Made by a program: the position numbers and the translations under genes
Notes under the pieces: model-generated
The model's database searches: none
Told to the model about the DNA's origin: nothing
Seen by the model: only the letters and a program-made list of their open reading frames with translations
Virus record (IMG/VR): IMGVR_UViG_3300029288_000005
Span: 1-64,000 of that record
Source: a virus
Lineage: Duplodnaviria > Caudoviricetes
Reading direction: 5' to 3' (one strand)
DNA: 64,000 bases
In this document: piece after piece, positions 56,808 to 64,000 of the stretch
How the letters are laid out: the number at the start of each line of letters is the position of its first letter
Numbering within the stretch: position 1 is the first letter of the stretch

Positions 56808-58643
56808 GTGCCAATACCCAAGCCCAATACTGGTGAGAAGAAAGACGATTTTATAGCTCGTTGTATGTCGAACAGTATAATGAACGAAGATTATCCTGAC
56901 AACAAACAACGAGCAGCAGTTTGTTATACCCAGTGGAAGGAGAAGTCGGTTAGCATGGACAACAATTGGCTGTTAAGTCAGATCCGAAACCGGAAAGAAA
57001 AGCTCACTAGTTTTGGTCGAGGAATTACAACAGCAGACGCTTACGTAAAGACCCTTGCTGACGTGGCTGGTTTGGATGTTTGCTATAAGAGGCTCTCAAC
57101 CAGAACTGTGAGTTTTGATGACATACTTCAGAAAGCAGCTAAAACTCTGGTATACTCCAACGACCAGATGGATTTGGAAGCTAAAGCAGATTCTACTTAC
57201 AAATACAAGGATCTGCTCAAAGGTCTCAAAGACGTAAAAATACCGAAAAACACCCTCATACTCTTTCGTCACAAGTTGACAACTTCTATAGAGGATCGGG
57301 ACAAAGACATTCTTCACTCCGAAGGCATGGAACTCGACCCGAAAATGCTCCTCCTCTGGCAACACGTACACACCATGCCTATCGGTAAGTACGTACACAC
57401 TGTTTCACAGGACGACAAGAGTGTGAGGGTTATTTCTGCTATTGTGGATATAAACGAGACATCCCATGATGCGGCTGTGATGATCGACAGTGGAATGGGG
57501 CGTTTCAGTCATGGTTTCAAAGCCACTGAGTTCCAAAAACGAAAGTCTCACAGTGGTAAGGAAACTGGTGGCTTTGAGATCCACCGTGCTGAGATCATGG
57601 AGGAGTCGTTGGTTTCCGTTCCTGCAAACCCGGGTGCTGAAACTGAGGAAATCATTCTCTCACTGGTTGAAGGGGGTAAGTTAACTTCTCCTGTAATGAA
57701 GTCAGTGGGTAGATCCATTCGAGAAAAACGACCTCTGCAGATGCAAGGCATTACCTATAGAGAAACAGTGGGGGATTCCACAAAAGAGCTCACATGCCAG
57801 TCTTTTGAGGATTTGAAGAAGCTGGCCGACCATGGTGTAATTGGTACTAAAAAGGAGAAAGAAGATGAGAACTTGTCAGGAACTGAACAAGATGAGGAAG
57901 GAAGAGAAGGCGCCGCATCAGAAGAAACCAATGACGATGCAGACAAAGCAGCAAATAACAAAACGAAAAACACCAGTGACTCACAAGTAGAGTCAGACAA
58001 GAGTGCAAAGATCACAACAAAAAACATGCCTGAAGTTTCTAGCAAAGCCTATATTGACTTGCCCAATAGCTATGAAGTAGTAACCTCTTGTTTGTCCAAG
58101 TTAATCAATGAGAAGTTTGGTCAAAGTGCTTGGTTAATTGCTACTTTTACTGGTCGTGCTGTATTTGAAGACTTCAGAGCTGGTCAGAAGAAGTATTACA
58201 GTATCGAGTGGGAGAATGTTGATGGGAAGATCAAACTCAAGGAAGTGGAGAAAGAAGTTGAGCTAAAAGTTGATGTCGTACAGAAATCAATGAAATTGTT
58301 CAATACACTCAACTCGCAAAAACAAGGAAGAACACTATCCCGAGCAAATGAAACCAAAATACAGGACGCTAGAGATGATATAAAAGAAGCTTCCAAGATG
58401 GAAGGTCTTAGTAGAAGTTGTTTGGCCTTGTTAAGCAAGGCGTTTAACAGTCTGGGACAGGTGCTCAAGTCACTGGGATCAGAGCCGGAACCCGAAAAGG
58501 AAATTACTATCGAGGAAGCAAAGGTTGTTTTCTTGAAGAATTCAACAGTAGAAGACAGGCAGCAAATGGAAACCCTCCTAAGTGCTATGTCAACTGTGGA
58601 CAGACGAGCGGAAACCACAAAGTGGTTCAAGTCTCTAAAATGA
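56808..58643 (+). CDS. prohead maturation protease (HK97 family) with scaffold-like extension
   Basis: MP.PKP..GE...DFIARCM N-domain; DRD.D, LLWQH....PIG, FS.GF, E.SLVSVPANP; K.GR.LS.AN. Confidence 0.9.
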   Translation: MPIPKPNTGEKKDDFIARCMSNSIMNEDYPDNKQRAAVCYTQWKEKSVSMDNNWLLSQIRNRKEKLTSFGRGITTADAYVKTLADVAGLDVCYKRLSTRTVSFDDILQKAAKTLVYSNDQMDLEAKADSTYKYKDLLKGLKDVKIPKNTLILFRHKLTTSIEDRDKDILHSEGMELDPKMLLLWQHVHTMPIGKYVHTVSQDDKSVRVISAIVDINETSHDAAVMIDSGMGRFSHGFKATEFQKRKSHSGKETGGFEIHRAEIMEESLVSVPANPGAETEEIILSLVEGGKLTSPVMKSVGRSIREKRPLQMQGITYRETVGDSTKELTCQSFEDLKKLADHGVIGTKKEKEDENLSGTEQDEEGREGAASEETNDDADKAANNKTKNTSDSQVESDKSAKITTKNMPEVSSKAYIDLPNSYEVVTSCLSKLINEKFGQSAWLIATFTGRAVFEDFRAGQKKYYSIEWENVDGKIKLKEVEKEVELKVDVVQKSMKLFNTLNSQKQGRTLSRANETKIQDARDDIKEASKMEGLSRSCLALLSKAFNSLGQVLKSLGSEPEPEKEITIEEAKVVFLKNSTVEDRQQMETLLSAMSTVDRRAETTKWFKSLK

Positions 58644-58664
58644 ACTGTGAAAGGAACATTTACT

Positions 58665-60305
58665 ATGTTAATCACAAAGAAACTCAAGAAGTGGGCACAA
58701 GCCAACTTGGATGTTGCCGCTGACGCTGAAGATACTGTTATCAAAGCGGCCATTAGCAAAGCACTTGTCGAAGGTGAGCTTACTGCCAACAAGTATGTCG
58801 AACTCACAAAGAGTGAGGAAGACGAAGAGGTTGAAGGCATTGCCAAGCAGTTTGGTCGCCTAGCAGACAACCTGGAGAAGGCCATCGAGGCGATTTCGAA
58901 GGAAGAGGGTACTGGGGAAACCAAAGAAACCAAGAAAGAAACCAAGGAAGAGCCTCTTCAAACCAAAGAAACCAAGACTGAAACAAAGGAAACCAAAAAG
59001 GAAACCAAGGAAACCAAAGTACTTTCCAAAATGGCGAAGATGATGGTTGAGTTGGGCGGTGTTTCCGAGGTCAATGAGGAAGAAAAGGCTATTGACATTC
59101 GTGTCAAGGAAGCAGTCGAATCCTATGACCGAACTCGAAAATCCCTCACTTATCCGCAGTTCACCAAAAACATGAAGCCCCATGTCCTTGCTGGTCAGGT
59201 TGTGGAGAATCTTGGGCGCCCGATGAACGGGCCCAGTGCTTGCGATAAGGCACTGGCAGGAGTTTGGGCTAAGTTCCAGCTCTTGTCTGTCACACCTCGA
59301 TTGGCAGGATCTCCTATTCGTGCGTGGGAACGCTTGTCCGAACACGAGAAATCCCTCTTGGCCCACTTGGCTGAGAAAGAAGATTGGGATGACTCGGTTG
59401 GTGGAAAGACAAAGACCTGCCAAGGTTATCCTGGAGGTATCAAAGCCCTCATCGACGATGCCACCAGTGGTGGAACAGAAGCGGCTCCTATCGTGTTTGA
59501 CGATCAGGTGATCCAAGCCCCGTTGCTCAACGGTGAGTTGTACCCCTTGGTTACCGTCAAACCCTTGGATCGCGGTCGTCGGGTTGAAGGTGTGGCTACC
59601 GGAACGGTAACTAGCAGTTGGGGTGGTGTTGATGACACCGCTATCAGCCTGTTTGATACTACTTCCTACATTACTGCTTTCGACACCACGATCTTCAGGT
59701 GGGAAGGTTCGATTCGCCTCGGACTGGATTTCCTCAGTGACACACCGATTGACTTCGGTGCTCATATCACTGCCCAGTACGGTGAGAGATTGCTGGAAGA
59801 TCTGGATGATGTTATTGCTACAGGCAATGGCACCACCCAACCCGAAGGCATAATGAACAAGACAGGTGCCACTAGCGTTGCTTGGGGCGGCGCTACCAGC
59901 ATAGGTAATTATGAATCACTGAGATTCGGTGTTGCCAAAGCCGAGCACGGAGCTGCCGTCAAGTCTTCAGCAGTCTTCTGTGGTAACGAAACTTCCTATG
60001 CGAGGGCAAGAGCTTTGGCAGTGGGAACCACCGATGCTCGTAGACTGTTTGGTATGGACTATGACTCTTATTCTCTTATGGAACGACCCTATAAGATCAA
60101 TGAGAGCATGGATAATACCTATGCGTTCTACGCAATCATGGCCCGCTACCGCATGTATCGTCGTAAGGGACTTACCGTTCGAACCAGCACCGAAGGCGAT
60201 ACACTTATGCGTCGTAATGAGATGCTCATTATCGCCATGGCTCGTTATGGTGGTCAAATGGAACGGGGTGCCTGTGTTGCTTATACAACCTCAGCACCGG
60301 CCTAA
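58665..60305 (+). CDS. major capsid protein (HK97 fold) with long N-terminal delta domain
   Basis: KALIDDATSGG..AP, D..I..G.GT.QPEGI, R.GG; follows the protease. Confidence 0.9.
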   Translation: MLITKKLKKWAQANLDVAADAEDTVIKAAISKALVEGELTANKYVELTKSEEDEEVEGIAKQFGRLADNLEKAIEAISKEEGTGETKETKKETKEEPLQTKETKTETKETKKETKETKVLSKMAKMMVELGGVSEVNEEEKAIDIRVKEAVESYDRTRKSLTYPQFTKNMKPHVLAGQVVENLGRPMNGPSACDKALAGVWAKFQLLSVTPRLAGSPIRAWERLSEHEKSLLAHLAEKEDWDDSVGGKTKTCQGYPGGIKALIDDATSGGTEAAPIVFDDQVIQAPLLNGELYPLVTVKPLDRGRRVEGVATGTVTSSWGGVDDTAISLFDTTSYITAFDTTIFRWEGSIRLGLDFLSDTPIDFGAHITAQYGERLLEDLDDVIATGNGTTQPEGIMNKTGATSVAWGGATSIGNYESLRFGVAKAEHGAAVKSSAVFCGNETSYARARALAVGTTDARRLFGMDYDSYSLMERPYKINESMDNTYAFYAIMARYRMYRRKGLTVRTSTEGDTLMRRNEMLIIAMARYGGQMERGACVAYTTSAPA

Positions 60306-60347
60306 GCAAAAGTTGTTTCGGTGAGCAATGGTGCTCATCATCGCAAA

Positions 60348-60384
60348 CCATCTTGGGAGGTCCGTTCTTCGCCTCCCAAGATGG
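60348..60384 (+). promoter_or_regulatory. 13-bp perfect stem-loop after the capsid gene
   Basis: CCATCTTGGGAGG / CCTCCCAAGATGG, no U-tract. Confidence 0.6.
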
Positions 60385-60426
60385 ATATTTACAAGGAAGA
60401 ACAAACTCAATTAGGAGAACATAAAA

Positions 60427-61026
60427 ATGCCAGCAGTAAAAGAAATCGTTATTGCACCTTTCACCGTCGAAGCAGATCACCCACGTAACAGTGATCTGTT
60501 GTTACAGGCCATACCCAATTGTCGGTTGCGGTCGGCAATCACGGCTAGTCGAACAACAATCGTAAACAACCAGAGTCAAAACAACGAGCCGGTCATACCC
60601 AAGGATCAGGCTCGCCATTTGGGAGCATTGCCCCCTATCCCCGGCATGCGTTTGACAGTGAATCCCTCAAACCTTACGTATGAGGTTTCGGATCCTCTGC
60701 ACGCAGATGAGGATATGTGCCGACGAGTAGAAAGTGCACTCAAGTCAGATGATCGTCCCCTTGTGTTTGACAAGATCCGTGGTGTTCCCCCACGAAAAGG
60801 AGAGTTGGATGTTCATCGAATGAAGACGCTGTGCCGCGAAATCGTTTGGCTATTGAAAGAAAAGCATGTAAAGATGGTTAGTGGCCCAGAAATCAGTCTT
60901 GAGGACGTTGATGAACTCCCAGGCAAGTTCCTTTTGAATCCGGGTAGTCGGGTTCCCAATACTCAACCACACTTCGAAGAGGATGTTCCTGAGTATATCA
61001 ATAATCTTCGAAAGACAGGTGGTTGA
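60427..61026 (+). CDS. hypothetical structural-region protein
   Basis: AGGAG RBS, 199 aa. Confidence 0.65.
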   Translation: MPAVKEIVIAPFTVEADHPRNSDLLLQAIPNCRLRSAITASRTTIVNNQSQNNEPVIPKDQARHLGALPPIPGMRLTVNPSNLTYEVSDPLHADEDMCRRVESALKSDDRPLVFDKIRGVPPRKGELDVHRMKTLCREIVWLLKEKHVKMVSGPEISLEDVDELPGKFLLNPGSRVPNTQPHFEEDVPEYINNLRKTGG

Positions 61027-61495
61027 TAGTTTGGGCCCATTTTCCCCGCAAGTACAAGCTGCTTACGAACGAAGACGAAGAAATCAAGCAGCTAGTGGAG
61101 CTAGATTAGAATGGTTTATCAGCGAAGTCATGGAAAAGACAAGAATGACCCTGCGAAAGCGGGTCAATGTAGCAACACAGTACTTGCGGGATAAAGTGGT
61201 TAGAAACATAAGTGTTCCAGTTGTTAAAGAACAAATAAGAGGAAAAACAAGGGTTACAGAACGATCCAAAAAAGGAGAGTTCCCCAGAACCGATACAACA
61301 CTGTTGAGAAAGACCATATTCTCCGAAGTGCGTGGAATTGGTGACATAGTGGATGGTTACATTGGAACTCCTTTGAAGTACGGATTGATTCTGGAAACAA
61401 GCAAGTTACTGGATCGCTCATACTTGTTGAGGACTCTAAACGAAGAGCGACTTACAATCAGCAGGATGATTGACGGCCCAATAGTACGGGAGTAG
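60983..61495 (+). CDS. HK97 gp10-like tail completion protein (start uncertain, possibly 61019)
   Basis: RS..GE.P..DT..L..TI, YG..LE, R.YL..TL. Confidence 0.72.
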   Translation: MFLSISIIFERQVVDSLGPFSPQVQAAYERRRRNQAASGARLEWFISEVMEKTRMTLRKRVNVATQYLRDKVVRNISVPVVKEQIRGKTRVTERSKKGEFPRTDTTLLRKTIFSEVRGIGDIVDGYIGTPLKYGLILETSKLLDRSYLLRTLNEERLTISRMIDGPIVRE

Positions 61496-61497
61496 AA

Positions 61498-61977
61498 GTG
61501 GTAGTAGCATCAGCAGACTTTCAGACAGCAATAGTAGAAGCCTGGAATGGTAGCGTGCTGAATGATGTCTTTGCTGCGCTAGGAGGAGAGACACCTTTGT
61601 TATGGGAAGGCATTGCTCCTCCGGGACAACCATTTCCTTACTGTGTAATGGAAGTTGCAGATAACAGTAGGGTTGCAAGGATGTCAGCTTCTTCGGGAAC
61701 CCGAGAAGTCAGGAATGTTACACACAAGTTTAGTGTACTGGCAAAAGAAGTTGTTGGAGATAGTCGAACAGCAAAAGAGATAGCAGTATATTTGGCGGAA
61801 GAAATAATGAAGGTTTTTGGTGGACACCCCACCCAAGCGCCATCAGAAATCACTTTGGACAATGGGAATCTTGTGACTGTTGACTTTGAAAATGACTTTG
61901 GGGTAAAAGTAGACGAACAGATTTACCAATGGGATATAAACTATATCTTCATGGTTGACGTCCCAGTAGCAGGGTAA
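61498..61977 (+). CDS. tail terminator protein
   Basis: AP.GQ.FPY.V motif; position before the tail tube. Confidence 0.7.
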   Translation: MVVASADFQTAIVEAWNGSVLNDVFAALGGETPLLWEGIAPPGQPFPYCVMEVADNSRVARMSASSGTREVRNVTHKFSVLAKEVVGDSRTAKEIAVYLAEEIMKVFGGHPTQAPSEITLDNGNLVTVDFENDFGVKVDEQIYQWDINYIFMVDVPVAG

Positions 61978-61979
61978 AA

Positions 61980-62594
61980 ATGAATATGAAACAAACACTT
62001 ATCACTGTCCTCAAAGAAACAGCAGAAACTTTGAGGGGAATAAAGTTCAACCCTTACCACGACTCCTCTGGTAGATTCTCTACAGGAGGCTCGGGTGGTC
62101 CTAAGTTAGCACCCGATACAGGGGGAGGCACTGGAGGTGGAGGAAAACCTGCAAAAAAACCACCCAAGTTGATGGATATTGATGAGGACACTGGTTTGGT
62201 GGTTAAGCCTTCCAGTTCACCTCCCAAGTTTAACGCACCAACTGAGAGGGGAAGAACCTTACAGAAAAGTAGCTACTATTCTTCTAAATCCGCTATGGAT
62301 TTAAGTTCAAAAACAAATAATAGTAGGGCGGTACAGTTATCAAACAAAGCTATGGAAGCCTCTACAAAAGCAGCTTCTTCTGGCAATAACCCCAAAATTG
62401 CCAGCAAATATCATAACAAGGCTGCTGAATTACATGAGCAAGCAGAGATGATACACGTGGAAGAGTATCCCGCAGCAAAGAATTCCAAGAAAAAACTGGC
62501 ACACGCAAAAGCTGAGTCCGCTCATAAAAAAGCGGCTGATCTACACAGACAAGCAGCAACTGCTTTGAGTAATACCATTGAGTACTTTGAATAA
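61980..62594 (+). CDS. leader-cassette protein 7: conserved leader + His-rich helical payload
   Basis: MKQTLITVLKETAETLRGIKFNPYHDSSGRF; H..AA.LH..A repeats. Confidence 0.8.
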   Translation: MNMKQTLITVLKETAETLRGIKFNPYHDSSGRFSTGGSGGPKLAPDTGGGTGGGGKPAKKPPKLMDIDEDTGLVVKPSSSPPKFNAPTERGRTLQKSSYYSSKSAMDLSSKTNNSRAVQLSNKAMEASTKAASSGNNPKIASKYHNKAAELHEQAEMIHVEEYPAAKNSKKKLAHAKAESAHKKAADLHRQAATALSNTIEYFE

Positions 62595-62608
62595 AATGGG
62601 TATATAAA

Positions 62609-63502
62609 ATGACACGAAGCGTATCAGGACCAAAGATCAATGTCAAACTCTCAGGTACTTATCAGAATGCCCTAAATGATGCTGCCATTGTTTCAATCAC
62701 ACAGCCCACTCTAAACTATACCAAGACCTTAACGAACGGGGTTAGTGCAAGTCAGATCAATCGTATCTGGGAGAGTCGCAACAGGGTATTGGCTAATGCC
62801 ACACAAGAAATAATTGATCTCTTCCACTTTACTGGTGTTGACATAGGAGCCGGTGATGGAAAAGATGCTTTGGGACTTGATTTAGAGATAGAAGAGATAG
62901 TAGCCATTGCTATCGTAAATGAGAATCTTGTTACTGATTCTGGACAGTTGGAAATACTCCCATCTAACTCAAGGGGTTGGCAAGGAATTGGGACACACAC
63001 AGTGGCCACAGGAGGAGCTCTGCATGGGCAAGGGTGTCTATTCAAGTCAGATGTTAGTGAAGCTGGTTTTGATATTGAAGGAATCAATAGTAGAATTACA
63101 CTAAGAGCCAGTGGTGGTTCTGTAACATACTCAATTTATGTTATGGGCAGAAGTGATGATGAGGAATCCTCCTCATCCAGCAGTTCCACTTCTTCAATGA
63201 GTACATCTTCCACAAGTGGTAGCAGCTCATCGTCGTCTAGTGTATCTAGTATATCCACCAGTTCGGAAAGCTCTTCAAGTAGTAGTATATCTACCAGTAG
63301 TATATCTACTAGTAGTGCATCTACCAGCATTTCTTCTCTTAGTAGCAAGTCGTCGAAGAGTTCTTCTAGCAGTAGTTTGTCAGGCAGTAGTTTGTCTTCA
63401 AGTAGTACTAGTAGCAAGTCGTCTGCCAGTTCATTGTCGGCAAGCTCTAATAGTAGTTCGTCACAGAGCGAATCCTCCAGCAGCATTTCATTAGGTATAT
63501 GA
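62609..63502 (+). CDS. virion protein with ~105-aa poly-Ser tail
   Basis: Beta-rich N-domain, then Ser/Thr tract. Confidence 0.72.
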   Translation: MTRSVSGPKINVKLSGTYQNALNDAAIVSITQPTLNYTKTLTNGVSASQINRIWESRNRVLANATQEIIDLFHFTGVDIGAGDGKDALGLDLEIEEIVAIAIVNENLVTDSGQLEILPSNSRGWQGIGTHTVATGGALHGQGCLFKSDVSEAGFDIEGINSRITLRASGGSVTYSIYVMGRSDDEESSSSSSSTSSMSTSSTSGSSSSSSSVSSISTSSESSSSSSISTSSISTSSASTSISSLSSKSSKSSSSSSLSGSSLSSSSTSSKSSASSLSASSNSSSSQSESSSSISLGI

Positions 63503-63526
63503 AATTAGAAGGAAAGGAAATACACA

Positions 63527-63958
63527 ATGTCAGGTGAAAACACTCTATCAGGAAAAACTGGAAAGTTTGTAGTAGGTACTACACAAGTAGCCAGAACCAC
63601 ACAATGGGCGGTTAGCGAGAAGTTGGCTTCCACAAGTGAGTGGGGAGACAGTGACTCGGAAGGTTACACCAACCGATTGGGTGGTAGAAAAGACGCAACA
63701 TTTACAACAGAAGGCAAGTTCGATACCAATGATGAGGTATACGATCTGTTTGATATTGATGATATTGCGATTGCTGTGTTGTGGTTGAACGCCTCCGCAC
63801 TATACTGGGACTTCCCTCGTGCGATCTGTACCGACTTCGGTCTAACAGTAAACGTTGATACAGGTGAAGTAATTGGATGGACATCAAGTTGGGGAGCTGA
63901 TGGCAAGTTCTATCACCCCGGACAATCAGGTGCTACATCCCGTACATTGCCTTCGTAA
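63527..63958 (+). CDS. tail tube (major tail) protein
   Basis: LSGK.GK..VG...VA..TQW.......S.....SDS.G......G.K.A siphovirus tube pattern. Confidence 0.75.
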   Translation: MSGENTLSGKTGKFVVGTTQVARTTQWAVSEKLASTSEWGDSDSEGYTNRLGGRKDATFTTEGKFDTNDEVYDLFDIDDIAIAVLWLNASALYWDFPRAICTDFGLTVNVDTGEVIGWTSSWGADGKFYHPGQSGATSRTLPS

Positions 63959-64000
63959 CTCACTTAATATCACCACCTGACTAAAAGGAGAAGAACTATG

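Noticed and set aside
58196-59840. Long minus-strand ORFs (249 and 326 aa)
   Set aside because: Antisense to protease/capsid genes; explained by codon bias.
37960-62145. Leader repeats as IS/MITE, intein or DGR repeats
   Set aside because: No terminal inverted repeats, transposase, intein motifs or reverse transcriptase; differences are mostly synonymous, not adenine-specific.
1-64000. tRNA/rRNA genes, integrase, alternative genetic code
   Set aside because: None recognised by eye; genes read normally in code 11. A tRNAscan-SE run would be needed to exclude tRNAs.

Overview
This window is 64 kb of a large tailed dsDNA phage (Caudoviricetes, HK97-fold capsid, probably a siphovirus). Essentially all real genes are on the + strand. 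1-24.4 kb is a self-contained replication/recombination module: SNF2 helicase, primase, tandem wHTH proteins next to an iteron/inverted-repeat origin candidate, DnaB, sliding clamp, clamp loader, a split UDG-exonuclease/PolA polymerase, SSB, RecA, flap nuclease, RuvC-like resolvase and a split SbcC with SbcD. It includes a complete 7-deazaguanine DNA-modification cluster (queD, queE, queC, PRTase-folE fusion, queF, dpdA-like). 24.4-29 kb holds accessory genes (paralog triplet, Toprim protein, CsrA, RNAP alpha-CTD-like protein, UDP-glucose dehydrogenase). 29-64 kb is packaging and morphogenesis (terminases, papain-like peptidase, beta-helix protein, connector, portal, MuF, prohead protease, major capsid, tail genes). 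The standout signal is a ~50-aa peptide module (MKKQTLITVLKETAETLRGIK-FNPYHDSxGRF-Gly linker) repeated, in full or as the core only, seven times among the structural genes. Each copy is fused to a different payload: two ADP-ribosyltransferases, an HExxH peptidase, a JAB-like domain, topoisomerase IB, a coiled coil and a His-rich helical domain. Several payloads are followed by a tiny unannotated ORF. I infer a capsid-targeting, protease-matured, polymorphic effector/immunity cassette system. All functional calls come from motif recognition by eye, not database searches. Several 1-bp homopolymer frameshifts may be assembly errors.
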